NCBI GenBank assembly: GCA_016933055.1
Contig: JAFGBS010000028.1
Coordinates: forward strand, 120,001 to 152,000
Reading direction: 5' to 3'
DNA: 32,000 nucleotides
DNA from: Promethearchaeota archaeon
Lineage (GTDB): Archaea > Asgardarchaeota > Lokiarchaeia > Sigyniarchaeales > Promethearchaeaceae
The notes under the pieces were generated by a model. It made no database searches, was not told the DNA's origin, and saw nothing but the letters and a program-made list of their open reading frames with translations. A program made the translations under genes and the position numbers. How positions within the stretch are numbered: the first letter of the stretch is position 1; the number at the start of each line of letters is the position of its first letter. Below are positions 1 to 9,917 of the stretch, piece after piece.

Positions 1-748
1 TCGTTGTTCCTAGATTTTTTATTGCTACAAAATAGCATAGAAAACTAATCACGGTTACGAATAATGCCATAATTATAATTGAGATCCAGAAAATCCAAGA
101 ATTCCATTGAAGTTGATCCCATTGATTTTCAATTATTGCTGCTCCTCCAAACATAAAAGCTCCTAATACTGTAGCCCAAGTTGTTGTTTCGTATGAAGTA
201 TGTGTCTGCATAACCGTTTTCCCTAAAACAGAATACCCTGCAAAACAAAAAAACGCACCCAAAACAATGATGTTTCCAATCACATGTTGAGAATTAAATT
301 CGATGAAGGGAGCTATACCTATAATCATAAGGACTCCCGCAAAACTAAACAATAAACCCCAATACCTCCATTTAGGTTCTAGTCGCTCTTTATGGATGAG
401 TCTACTTAGAAGAGTAATAATCGTTGGTTGGACTCCTGCTAGTACCGCTCCTTGAGCTGAAGTAGTAAATCGCATTGCAGTTAAAAACAGAATTCCATAC
501 CCGAAAATTCCCAACAATCCCAAAACAAAGAATTGGTAAATTGATTTCCACGTGTACACTTTTAAATTATTTCTAAATTTAATAAAATAAAAGACTATAT
601 ACACAAAACTTGCAATAATAAAACGAAAAAACCCAATTTGAAAGGAAGTGGCTAAAGGAACGAGAATTTTGGCCAGTGGCCAGGATATACCCCAAAAGAT
701 CATAGAAACTATAAGTAGAACATAATTAACTAGATGGGAATTTTTCAT
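1..748 (-). CDS. DMT/EamA family transporter, runs off the left edge of the window (not in the ORF track)
   Basis: Manual translation from the ATG at 748: MKNSHLVNYVLLIVSMIFWGISWPLAKILVPLATSFQIGFFRFIIA. This is the typical EamA first-helix pattern (FWG.S...AK, then RF) followed by hydrophobic sequence. Confidence 0.85.
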   Translation of the reverse strand, partial: MKNSHLVNYVLLIVSMIFWGISWPLAKILVPLATSFQIGFFRFIIASFVYIVFYFIKFRNNLKVYTWKSIYQFFVLGLLGIFGYGILFLTAMRFTTSAQGAVLAGVQPTIITLLSRLIHKERLEPKWRYWGLLFSFAGVLMIIGIAPFIEFNSQHVIGNIIVLGAFFCFAGYSVLGKTVMQTHTSYETTTWATVLGAFMFGGAAIIENQWDQLQWNSWIFWISIIIMALFVTVISFLCYFVAIKNLGTT

Positions 749-814
749 TTTGATATATGTCCTGATAGGATGATTAGAATTAATGTTTGTCAAACCAGAG
801 AGAACCTTAGAGGT

Positions 815-2626
815 CTATTTTTGACTTTGTTGTAATTGCCATTCCCAACTTTGGTGAACAAAATACTGATTATAAAGGGAGGCATATTTACCTCCCTGAG
901 AGAGTAATTCTTCATGCGTCCCTTCTTCTACAATTTTTCCCTGTTCCATTACTATGATTCGATCTGCTCCGACAATTGTTGACAATCGGTGTGCGATAAT
1001 AATAGCAGTACGGTTTTTAAGAATTTCATCTAATGCTTCTTGGATCATTGCTTCAGTATACGCATCTACACTAGATGTGGCTTCATCCAAAATCAAGATG
1101 CTGGGATCCAACAGTATAGCTCGAGCAAAACTAATTAACTGGCGTTGACCTACCGATAATTCCTTTCCTCTTTCTCCAATCCGTGTATAAATTCCATTAG
1201 GTAATACTCTGATGAAATCATATGCTTGAACGATCTGCAGCACTTTTATCACTTCTTCCTCGGATGCTTCCTTTCTTCCGTAGGTAATATTATCAAATAT
1301 TGTTCCAGGGAAAAGAAAAACATCTTGCTCGACTTTTCCGATTTGTTTTCGATAAGAACCCAAATCAATATCTCTAATATTATATCCGTCAATAAGAATT
1401 GAACCCTCTTGAAATTCATAGTATCGACCTAAAAGTGCCGTTAACGAGGTTTTTCCTGCACCGGTATGGCCAACTATAGCCAATTTCTCTCCACTATCAA
1501 TCTTTAAGGTCAGATCGTTAAAAACAACATTTTCATCGTCATATGTAAAATAGATATCTTTGAATTGAATATTTCCATTTAGGTTATCTACATGCAAGGG
1601 ATTCGAATTTTGTACTATCTTTGGTCTAGTGTCAAGAATTCCCAAAATTCGTTCAAACGATGCCATTCCTGCAGAAAGTTCTGGAAAAAATCGAGCTAAT
1701 GTCATAATAGGTCGGAAAAAAGTTTGAAGATATAAAATAAACATTACCACGGTTCCAGGAGTAATGGTTTCGGTTAATATCATGTTAAAACCATAGTATA
1801 AAACAATACACATAATTATTGATGTCAAAGTATTAATCAGAGGTCGCCAAAAATGCGTTACAGCAGTTAAATGCATCCAAGATCTTAAATATTCTCTATT
1901 TATTTGCTCAAATTGCAGTGAGATCGTCATTTCCTGTCCAAAACTCTTAGAGACTTGAATTCCCTCAATAGATTCCACAATGGATGAATTAACATCTGAA
2001 ATTGATTTTCGATACCCAACAGCTACTTTTTTCGACAATGATCGAAGCAAATACATCAAAATAAATAGAATGGGAATAGCAGCGATGGCGATAAGTGCTA
2101 ATACGAAATTAAAGAACAAAAGAATAACAAAAGTGAGAATACTAATAAATAGATTCCCTAGTGTATCACTAATTAACACCGCTGTATTCGTAAAGTCTAA
2201 TGTGTCATTTACAATAATTGAATTGAGTTTTCCTGTACTTCTTTTATCAAAAAACGACATATCTTGTTTCTGAATTTTCTGAAAAACTTCATATCGCAAA
2301 TTTTCTAAAAAGAAGGGAATATATTTGCCTAATTGTTTTTGCTGAGCTGAAAATGCTACCCAATTTATGACTTGTAAAGAAAAATATCCACTTGAAGCAG
2401 AGATAATTCCAATGAAGTTGGGATTTAGGGTTAAAAACTCATCTGATACGAATTTAACAAGTAACGGAGCTAGTATGTCACATACTGCTTGTATTATAAT
2501 AAATAAAGCAATCAAGATGATATTTTTCTTGAACGGAGTTAAATAGTGAATATAACGACGAAACAGCTCCCGATCGCGATATTCCCGTTCTTTTTTTTCG
2601 GTCATAGCGCTACTAAATAATCCCAT
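815..2626 (-). CDS. Type IV ABC exporter, TMD-NBD subunit (heterodimer partner)
   Basis: Hydrophobic N-terminal TMD, Walker A GHTGAGKT, canonical Walker B LILDEAT, H-loop IAHRL, degenerate signature LSVGQ. Confidence 0.95.
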   Translation of the reverse strand: MGLFSSAMTEKKEREYRDRELFRRYIHYLTPFKKNIILIALFIIIQAVCDILAPLLVKFVSDEFLTLNPNFIGIISASSGYFSLQVINWVAFSAQQKQLGKYIPFFLENLRYEVFQKIQKQDMSFFDKRSTGKLNSIIVNDTLDFTNTAVLISDTLGNLFISILTFVILLFFNFVLALIAIAAIPILFILMYLLRSLSKKVAVGYRKSISDVNSSIVESIEGIQVSKSFGQEMTISLQFEQINREYLRSWMHLTAVTHFWRPLINTLTSIIMCIVLYYGFNMILTETITPGTVVMFILYLQTFFRPIMTLARFFPELSAGMASFERILGILDTRPKIVQNSNPLHVDNLNGNIQFKDIYFTYDDENVVFNDLTLKIDSGEKLAIVGHTGAGKTSLTALLGRYYEFQEGSILIDGYNIRDIDLGSYRKQIGKVEQDVFLFPGTIFDNITYGRKEASEEEVIKVLQIVQAYDFIRVLPNGIYTRIGERGKELSVGQRQLISFARAILLDPSILILDEATSSVDAYTEAMIQEALDEILKNRTAIIIAHRLSTIVGADRIIVMEQGKIVEEGTHEELLSQGGKYASLYNQYFVHQSWEWQLQQSQK

Positions 2627-2627
2627 T

Positions 2628-4415
2628 TCATGACCCTCCTTGACCAGAGATAAGACTTTTTTCGACTTTTTCTAGTTGTTTTCCGAAAATTTTTCGATAT
2701 TCATCTGATGAATAAATTAAATCTTCGTGTGTCCCCATCGCACTCAAACCTCCTGAGCGGTCCATTACCAAAATATAATCAGATGTTCGTATCGTGTGTA
2801 ATCGATGAGTAATAATAATTGTGGTCCTATTTTGAAGTACATTTTCAATAGCACGTCCTATCTTTTCCTCCGTCTCACTATCAATGGCTGACATGCTATC
2901 ATCTAAAATCAGGATATCAGGATTAGTCAGGAATGCCCGAGCAATTGCAACTCTTTGTTTTTCTCCGCCAGAAAGTCGTGTTCCCCGTTCTCCAACAATG
3001 GTTTTATATCCATTTGGCAGCTTTTCTACAAAATCGTGTACATGAGCAAGTTTTGATACTTGAATTACTTCTTCTAATTCTGCCCGTGGTTGTCCGAATT
3101 TTATATTATCTTCTATTGTTTGTGAAAATAAAAAAATGTCTTGCTCAATTAGACCTATTCGCTGTCTGACTAGATCCAATGGATAATTATGGATGTTTTT
3201 ACCATCCAAAAGGATCTCTCCCTCAATAGGTTGATAGAGTCGTAAAAGTAACTTAGCTATTGAAGTTTTTCCACAACCTGTAGGACCCACTAATGCCACT
3301 CGTTGATTTGGGAGTATAGTAAAATTAAGATTTTTCAAGACAAGTGGATTTTGATTTCCATTGGATGGATAAGAAAAGGATATGTTTCTGAATTCAATTT
3401 TCCCTTTGAAAGACTTTCTCTGCGTTTTCGCCTCAGCTGTCCTTTTTTCTACTTTGTCAGTAGAGATCATCTTGTATAAACGCTCGCTAGCTCCAAATCC
3501 ACCAATAAAGTCTCTTACTGCCCAAAAGATCATACCAGTTGGTTCCACAAGTGTTAACTGGAGCAAATTCACTGCAGTTAAATCTCCCAAGGTCATTAGA
3601 TTATTATGTACTAAAATGCATGAAACTATAAAAGTAACTCCAATTGATATGTAAAGAACGAGAAGAGGATAAAAACGAGCTTGAACTCTGTTTTCTCCCA
3701 ACCAATTTTCACGGTATGCTTTTACTTTCTGTCTAAATTTTCTAAATTCTAGAGCTTCAGCGGAAAAAGCTTTAGTTACTTGTACTCCTGTTAAACTTTC
3801 TTGAAGCACAACCGTTACACCTGCGTGTTTTGATAAAGCTTGTTTAGAAAATGGTTCTAATTTCTTTCGATATTGAAGTACAAAGAAAGTGTAAAGAATT
3901 AAAAGCGGTCCCGTAAAAATAACAATGCGATAATCAAAGGATTCTATTTGTAAAATTATTGTGAGAATGCTTTGGGCAAAAGGATAGATATAAAAACTTC
4001 CATGGGATATCATGGTGTTTAGAACTCTCAGATCATTGGATGCAAGCGCGATTAAATCACCTGTACGGACCCGGTCATGATATCGAAGAGGTTTATTTTG
4101 CACTGAATCAAAAAACTCACGTCGAATTCTCTGTTCCGTTTTACTTCCAAGATTATGTCCGAGCATCCAAATTCCGTATTCCGTGAAATTTCTCAGAAGA
4201 TATAATCCTAGGAGCGTTAATATAATAATTAATACATTACCACTAAATTCTGGATCCAAAATTCCATCAATCAAAGTCCCAATTCTCACTGGTATAATTG
4301 TACGGGTTAAGGTTACCAGAACGATTCCGATAAGATTAAGAATAAATTGAACTGGATAATGAAGCATATGTTTCATAAGCCATTTGATATAGGATGAATT
4401 CGTGCTTTTTTTCAT
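2628..4415 (-). CDS. Type IV ABC exporter, TMD-NBD subunit (heterodimer partner)
   Basis: Walker A GPTGCGKT, canonical signature LSGGEKQR, degenerate Walker B ILILDDS. With the downstream gene (1 bp gap) this gives the one-consensus, one-degenerate-site pattern of TM287/288- and TmrAB-type heterodimers. Confidence 0.95.
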   Translation of the reverse strand: MKKSTNSSYIKWLMKHMLHYPVQFILNLIGIVLVTLTRTIIPVRIGTLIDGILDPEFSGNVLIIILTLLGLYLLRNFTEYGIWMLGHNLGSKTEQRIRREFFDSVQNKPLRYHDRVRTGDLIALASNDLRVLNTMISHGSFYIYPFAQSILTIILQIESFDYRIVIFTGPLLILYTFFVLQYRKKLEPFSKQALSKHAGVTVVLQESLTGVQVTKAFSAEALEFRKFRQKVKAYRENWLGENRVQARFYPLLVLYISIGVTFIVSCILVHNNLMTLGDLTAVNLLQLTLVEPTGMIFWAVRDFIGGFGASERLYKMISTDKVEKRTAEAKTQRKSFKGKIEFRNISFSYPSNGNQNPLVLKNLNFTILPNQRVALVGPTGCGKTSIAKLLLRLYQPIEGEILLDGKNIHNYPLDLVRQRIGLIEQDIFLFSQTIEDNIKFGQPRAELEEVIQVSKLAHVHDFVEKLPNGYKTIVGERGTRLSGGEKQRVAIARAFLTNPDILILDDSMSAIDSETEEKIGRAIENVLQNRTTIIITHRLHTIRTSDYILVMDRSGGLSAMGTHEDLIYSSDEYRKIFGKQLEKVEKSLISGQGGS

Positions 4416-4700
4416 ACTCTTCCAGCCAATCGGACAATTGAATTTTTTCTGGATTAATCATTAATTTCCTCGTTCTTAAGGGATTCTATGAATCCTAATT
4501 ACATTTTATTAAAAAAAGAGAATTGAATTATGGAGAGTGAAGAAAGATACATCCTCATCAATTCCTAAGTATAGATTTAAGAAATGAGTCTCAAAAAATT
4601 CGTGAAATCTTTATTTTACGAAAAATGACATTTTTAATCGAAACTGTAGATTCACAAAACAGTGATTGAATTAAAAATTCTTTACAACTTATATCACAAT

Positions 4701-4982
4701 ATGGATGCAGACCGTAAAAGAAGATACCGAGAAAAGATTGCATACATCATCGAAAATATGGAAAATCTTCCTGAAGCGACTAACTCGGTCAAAAAGAAAG
4801 CAATCTTTTATGATCTCCACACAAGTATAGAAGCTTGCTTAACTTTATTATCAATGATTGCGAAAGATTTAGGAATGGGAGTTAAAGATGATCGTACAAA
4901 TATCCATCGTATAGTTGAAAATCGGAATCTTAACAAAGAATTAGAGGAGGAGCTTTGTGTTATGCTGAGTTGTGTAAAATAG
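4701..4982 (+). pseudogene. 3'-truncated HepT/DUF86 (HEPN RNase) gene
   Basis: MDADRKRRYREKIAYII...IFYDLHTSIEACL...GVKDDRTNI resembles the N-terminal two thirds of DUF86. Similarity stops near LEEEL (about 4955), before the R-X4-6-H motif. No MntA partner is adjacent. Confidence 0.7.
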
Positions 4983-5010
4983 AGAGAAAAAAGAAAAGTT
5001 GTATTTAAAA

Positions 5011-5130
5011 TTAGAATCCACGCTTTTTCTTACGGAGCAGGAAGAATGCTGCAACTCTACCGATAATAACTGCTAAACCTACTGCTCCTACTGTATAGTA
5101 CCACGTCCAAACAAAACTAATCACGTCCAA
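5011..5130 (-). pseudogene. Orphan C-terminal membrane-anchor coding remnant (or a tiny membrane peptide)
   Basis: Open frame LDVISFVWTWYYTVGAVGLAVIIGRVAAFFLLRKKKRGF*: a hydrophobic helix plus basic tail, typical of surface-protein C-termini. It is preceded by stops, a 10-bp tandem duplication (aatcacgtcc/aatcacgtct) and a repeat copy. Confidence 0.4.
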
Positions 5131-5141
5131 TCACGTCTAAT

Positions 5142-5258
5142 CCTAAAGCCCAGAAAGTTCCCCCGATGTTTTTTCTCGGAAGTTTGACGGAATATAACTG
5201 CCGTATTACATACGTACGTTTACTCACTCACTGGATAGGGTAGAATAGATGTTGAATT
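5142..5258 (-). repeat. Dispersed non-coding repeat, segment A, 5' portion only
   Basis: Colinear with 9063-9180. Identical 16-mer atagggtagaatagat at 5235-5250 and 9156-9171, plus shared blocks aaacgt, actt.cgagaaaa.aca and tggg.tttagg when read on the minus strand. Confidence 0.7.
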
Positions 5259-5295
5259 GCAAAAAAAAATAAAAATAGATTTGATTTTTAATAAC

Positions 5296-7248
5296 TTACA
5301 AAGGTACAGGATACATTAAATATCCACCGACAAGTAGCCATGTAGCAATTGCAGGAATTATAAACGAACCTAACCAGATTTTTCCTGTCTTTCGATAGAA
5401 TATGATCAAGATTAAGTAAAATCCAGCTGCAAAAGGAACCGTAGCCCATAGTTGTAATACATTCATTGGTGCAAATGCCCAATTATTTAACCAAGGTCCT
5501 GTTAGACCGAGATACATAGGTACATATTGCAAGAGATTTGTAAGGATTAATCCACTTAGCATCACAATACAGATTTTTATCCACCAGATGAATATTGTTT
5601 TTGCTTCGGTTTCGTACTCTTTCTGTCTCATCATTCCGAACATCCAAATACCTGCGTTAAAGATGAAGAACAACAAGAGACCTGGGTAGTATAATATGAA
5701 CTCCAAGGCTCGTGCCCATGTCAGAACTTTCAATCCTGCCCATGGTCCACGAATTTCTACATTCAAGAAAGAGGCTCCATAGGTAACCAGGTACATATAT
5801 CCGATTAGGGATAATGCGATCAACAATGTTTTTCCAAAAACTTTCCATCCTTTCGGTTTAGCTTGCCCCTCTGCTAATTCATCATCAGGAATTTTGTAAC
5901 TTGCACCTAGTTCGTAGAATCCTACCCGTTTAGGACGATAGATGAATGTCCAAAAAACCAGAACTATCAACATCATCAACCCTGCATTTACAACATAGAA
6001 TGCTAGGAAACTATTTCCAATCATACTTGTATAGATTCGGATACCTCGGCTCCAGAAGAATTCCCCGATCATCCAACCATCAAATACCCATGTTGCAACA
6101 TCATTAGCTTGATCTGGGTAGAAATATTCTGTGTTGAAGACATATGTCACAAAGCCGATAGATGCATTTACTATTCCGAATATCCACCATGCTCCAGTTT
6201 TTGGAGCATAAGATTCACGATACTTTGGCATTGGTTTTGCTACTTCTTTAAAGAATTTAATGTTCATCAACAGAAACGCTAAAGGCACAATTGAGAAGAT
6301 TAAAGCAGCCATTGAGATGATACCTGCTAGATCTGCTAACCAATATATAGTATTGCCCATATTTATTGATTCATAGGCTTGTTCTTCAGTGTAACCGCTA
6401 AGAGATTGCAGGAAGAATGCCGTAATTGCAACAGTCGATTTACGACTGTGAGTTTGTCCGGGATGTGTTTTCTTAAGCATCTCCACTCTTGTTGCACCAC
6501 TATTGAAAGTACCATAAGTTTCACCATATTCAGCATCGGATATTCCTAAAAATGAATTCAATGCGTCTAATCCATTTTGAACATGCTGGTCAATGGTTAT
6601 ATTTGCATCTCTAAAGAATTCTTCACCCCAACTAGCAACATGGAGGATATCCAAATTCGGATTAATAGCGCGTGCTATTTGATAAAAACTAATACCAAAT
6701 GCAATTGTGGAACCGGGAACTTCAAAACCAAACGCAATCGGTGCAATAGCTTTAATAGTAGGATCAGCTAAGGCAATCGTATATGTATTGATTGCACCAA
6801 AACTATGCCCAGTCACACCTATATTAGTTTCATCTACAAAATCGAGAGCTTTAAGATAGGCTAGTGCTGCGAAAGGCGTGGGATTAGAAGTAGAGCGATT
6901 TACATTATCCGAGTCCCCGTGATTGAGAACATCTACGGCTAATACAGCAATCCCTCGCTTAGATAGTTCTATAGAATGGGGTCTTTGAACATCTTTATCA
7001 TTATTGTATCCGTGAATAGCTAAAACACCTGGAACGGGGGTAGAGGAGGATGCACCTACTGGTTTATATAATTTCGCAACAACTGTGCCATTCTCGTCTG
7101 GGAAGGAAGGATCATAATCCTCAAATTCTACAATACTAACATCAACAGTCCACCAGTTGCTTTGCACTCCGGACTCAACAACGAAACCTGCAACTGTCAA
7201 GAAGAATAACACTCCGAATACAATCGCAGTTTTTGTAGTTTTTTCCAT
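5296..7248 (-). CDS. Membrane-anchored alpha/beta hydrolase (N-terminal TM, extracytoplasmic catalytic domain, multi-pass C-terminus); probable start 7248, ORF track start 7275
   Basis: VLAIHGY oxyanion region, AVDVLNHGDS, nucleophile elbow GHSFG, candidate catalytic His in THPGQTH, and many hydrophobic helices in the C-terminal half. Confidence 0.85.
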   Translation of the reverse strand: MEKTTKTAIVFGVLFFLTVAGFVVESGVQSNWWTVDVSIVEFEDYDPSFPDENGTVVAKLYKPVGASSSTPVPGVLAIHGYNNDKDVQRPHSIELSKRGIAVLAVDVLNHGDSDNVNRSTSNPTPFAALAYLKALDFVDETNIGVTGHSFGAINTYTIALADPTIKAIAPIAFGFEVPGSTIAFGISFYQIARAINPNLDILHVASWGEEFFRDANITIDQHVQNGLDALNSFLGISDAEYGETYGTFNSGATRVEMLKKTHPGQTHSRKSTVAITAFFLQSLSGYTEEQAYESINMGNTIYWLADLAGIISMAALIFSIVPLAFLLMNIKFFKEVAKPMPKYRESYAPKTGAWWIFGIVNASIGFVTYVFNTEYFYPDQANDVATWVFDGWMIGEFFWSRGIRIYTSMIGNSFLAFYVVNAGLMMLIVLVFWTFIYRPKRVGFYELGASYKIPDDELAEGQAKPKGWKVFGKTLLIALSLIGYMYLVTYGASFLNVEIRGPWAGLKVLTWARALEFILYYPGLLLFFIFNAGIWMFGMMRQKEYETEAKTIFIWWIKICIVMLSGLILTNLLQYVPMYLGLTGPWLNNWAFAPMNVLQLWATVPFAAGFYLILIIFYRKTGKIWLGSFIIPAIATWLLVGGYLMYPVPL

Positions 7249-7447
7249 GATAATCAACTTATTTTTTATCAGCAAATTTTCTGCTGTGGAAATCTTCTCT
7301 AAAAGATATATAAATGTTGTTCAGTAAAATTATAGAGAACGAAGAGTCAGAATCGATTTCATAAAAGTCTTGATAGTATTTTGACTAATTAAAAATTCTG
7401 CCACCTTTTCCAAACACCTTTCTACACAGTACATAGTACTTAAGTAC

Positions 7448-7712
7448 GAACCTCTGTCCATTTGCCCATTTTAACGGATTGTAGATATAGATTCCTATAG
7501 CCTCATGCTACGCATTCGGCTTTTGTTTTAGAATGCTTATCCTCCCTCTAACCCGCACCAAGGACATCTGCTATATACATCTGAACGGGTATTTAGATGC
7601 AATAGATTTCCAAATTGGTTTTATAGTATCAATTCGGTGTAATTTTATGATAATTTTACGTAAATGGGTCAGTAGATTTATCGGATATACCCGTATAGAT
7701 GTTGACTAATAA
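7448..7712 (-). repeat. Dispersed non-coding repeat, segment B
   Basis: Reverse complement is colinear with 10168-10430: tcaacat.tatacgggt.tatcc, aaa.tatcataaaa, cagatgta, gtcct.ggtgc.gg, gggaggat, caaaagccgaat.cgtag, catgaggct, atctacaatc, ggcaaat.gacaga. Confidence 0.75.
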
Positions 7713-7860
7713 AAAACGTATTATATTCAAATTACGGAATCCTATTCTACCTCACCAAGTATTTACAGCATGTTCGGTTATTGACCTTAATCTTGCAGAA
7801 GAGCTTAGAAAAAAATTTATGGGCTTTTGGACAATTAATAGCGTGAGGAGTATCAAGTGA
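7699..7860 (+). CDS. Possible 53-aa ORF or gene remnant overlapping the start of the next gene
   Basis: MLTNKKRIIFKLRNPILPHQVFTACSVIDLNLAEELRKKFMGFWTINSVRSIK*. Its TGA overlaps the GTG at 7857 (GTGA). Its ATG lies inside the repeat terminal motif. No family recognised. Confidence 0.25.
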   Translation: MLTNKKRIIFKLRNPILPHQVFTACSVIDLNLAEELRKKFMGFWTINSVRSIK

Positions 7861-8690
7861 ACATATCAATATATTATTTTTCGGGAACAGGTTCCACGTG
7901 GTGGGTTGTTCAACAATTCAAATCGATTGCAGAAAAACGCAATCATCGAGTCATTTTAACCAATATTGAACATGTCGCCAAAATTGAGGGAAATATAGAC
8001 GAAATCGATGTTTTAGGATTTGCATACCCAATTTATGGTTCGGATATCCCCCAAATCATGAAAGAATTCTTAGACAGATTCAATTCGAATGTAACGGTAA
8101 GAGTGAGGATCCCTGTCCTCGTGTTAACCTCCATGCTATACTTCTCTGGGGATGGAGCCTTGTTACCTCGAAAATATCTTGATAAAAATATGTTTAAAGT
8201 ACTATGGTCTAAGAATATTTCCTTAACCTCGAATATTAGCATACCATTCTTTCGTGTAAATGCTGTTAGTCAAGAAAAGTTAGACAAACGGATGGAAAAA
8301 GCAAAAATCGCGCTCGTAAAACTTATTGAAGATATCGAACTAGGTAAACCAAGACTACGGATCCAATGGGGGATATTTGGATGGTTTTTAAGCTGGATCC
8401 AACGCATATTTGAACGAGGCATGGGTTTTATGATACGTTTTTCAGCAGATTCCGAAAGATGTATTAAATGCTTGAAATGCGTAAAGGAATGTCCAACTGA
8501 AAACATCCATTACGACAAGATTTCAGAAAAAATACTCTATGGGAATAATTGTACATGGTGTATGAGGTGCTATAATCGTTGCCCAACACAGGCGGTATTA
8601 GTAAGAGGCAAATATTGTGATCCCGAGAGGTATGTGAGACTAAAGTCTTTTTCTAAAGATTTTGAGATAATTCTACCCAATAGATTGTAA
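7857..8690 (+). CDS. EFR1-family flavodoxin-fold / 2x[4Fe-4S] ferredoxin protein
   Basis: N-terminal YYFSGTGST and GFAYPIYG flavodoxin motifs. C-terminal CIKCLKCVKECP and CTWCMRCYNRCP. A gaggag RBS-like sequence lies upstream of the GTG. Confidence 0.9.
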   Translation: MNISIYYFSGTGSTWWVVQQFKSIAEKRNHRVILTNIEHVAKIEGNIDEIDVLGFAYPIYGSDIPQIMKEFLDRFNSNVTVRVRIPVLVLTSMLYFSGDGALLPRKYLDKNMFKVLWSKNISLTSNISIPFFRVNAVSQEKLDKRMEKAKIALVKLIEDIELGKPRLRIQWGIFGWFLSWIQRIFERGMGFMIRFSADSERCIKCLKCVKECPTENIHYDKISEKILYGNNCTWCMRCYNRCPTQAVLVRGKYCDPERYVRLKSFSKDFEIILPNRL

Positions 8691-8691
8691 A

Positions 8692-8865
8692 TATCCATCT
8701 TTTTGAAAAACTTCAACTTAAAACTATCATAAAACAGCGTGAAACGTAGAAACACGTATTTAAAATCTGTATAGATATAGAATAGGTAACTGTGAAGTGC
8801 CAGCACTTAAGTAAGATATATAATCCAAAGCCAAATGCGTAGCATGAGACATATATGCATAGCAT
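8692..8865 (+). repeat. Dispersed non-coding repeat, segment B (more diverged copy)
   Basis: Shares tatccatc, aaactatcataaaa (8721-8734), cgt.aaa.gta.aaac, agat.tagaatag and aaagcc.aatgcgtagcatgag (8827-8848) with 10187-10370 and the 7448-7712 copy. Confidence 0.6.
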
Positions 8866-8934
8866 TTGATGGTCCACCAAATTGATGGCACTTCTTACTA
8901 TATACACCTATCCGATGGGATAAATTGGTATCAA

Positions 8935-9180
8935 GGAATAGATGTTGATTAATAAATTCCTTAATCAAAAGGGATCTTGTTGTATAACCTCGTCACACTA
9001 CGCTACAAGTCTACCTAGATGGTTCAACAGAACAATTGCAGTAGGTCTGCAGCGTTGGAGCACCTAAAACCCAAAAAATTTCCAAGGTGTATTTTCTCGA
9101 AAGTCTGGTGTAATACAACGATTATATTAAGTTCAAACGTTTCCTTATTCACTGCATAGGGTAGAATAGATTTGATTAAA
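8935..9180 (-). repeat. Dispersed non-coding repeat, segment A including the A/B junction motif
   Basis: Reverse complement contains attt..tgggtt.tagg..ctcc.acgct..aga.cctac ... tctaggtaga.tt.tagcgtagt, matching 18721-18795. It ends in gaatttattaatcaacatctat, matching the junction motif near 10167-10180. Confidence 0.7.
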
Positions 9181-9318
9181 TAAAACATGTTGTTTACCTC
9201 ATATTTAGAAGTTTTTCATCCTCCATCGTAAAAAGTAGGATTGCTAAAAGATGGATTCCCAATTTTTCAATACTAATCATAGTAAACTATTATTCATATA
9301 ATAAATGAGGAAAATACA

Positions 9319-9891
9319 ATGTTGCTGCAAATTCCATCATGGTTAGAATTTATCTGGGACCAGTTTAATCTCTTCTTAGATTGGTATGTTGCATTAGATA
9401 TTTCAGCCCAGATTTTGGTAGGAATCTTAATTTTTATGGGTTTGATTGCTGTCACCCAGATTATCAAAGGTGTAATTTGGATCACTAAAGAATCAGTGAA
9501 AGCATCACTGTTAATCACTTTCATTATCTTATACCTTATCTTCGCAGGATTCAAAATGGCAATTGTTGCTATTGTAAATGTGAAAACGGTAGATAATGAA
9601 TGGAAACATGTGGTTGATAACATCAAATGGCTTGTAGATCGGTTTTATCCCGAGAAAAAGAAGCATAAAAAACAAGAACCTATTATTATTCAAGAGCAAC
9701 CCGAACCCGTTCAACCACCACAAATCTACGTTATTAAGGAGCGGGAATCTGTTAAAATTGAAGAAAAAAAACCGAAACCAGAATACTGTCACAATTGCGG
9801 ATCACCTTTTAGCTTAAAGATGTTTGAAATGCTACATGAAAAAGGATTTGCATTCTGTGACCAATGTGGGGCAAAATATACTGCGGAATAG
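9319..9891 (+). CDS. Hypothetical membrane protein with a C-terminal zinc ribbon
   Basis: Two hydrophobic N-terminal helices, a Pro/Gln/Glu-rich linker, then CHNC...CDQC. Confidence 0.75.
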   Translation: MLLQIPSWLEFIWDQFNLFLDWYVALDISAQILVGILIFMGLIAVTQIIKGVIWITKESVKASLLITFIILYLIFAGFKMAIVAIVNVKTVDNEWKHVVDNIKWLVDRFYPEKKKHKKQEPIIIQEQPEPVQPPQIYVIKERESVKIEEKKPKPEYCHNCGSPFSLKMFEMLHEKGFAFCDQCGAKYTAE

Positions 9892-9917
9892 ATGTGTTTT
9901 ATTTTTCATCTTTCCAT

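Noticed and set aside
815-4415. Degenerate ABC motifs as a sign of inactivation
   Set aside because: The asymmetric pattern is the established norm for heterodimeric type IV exporters.
7499-7521. Tandem-GA hairpin as a SECIS element
   Set aside because: The upper stem is only 4 bp, far shorter than a SECIS helix II, and no gene with an in-frame UGA is nearby.
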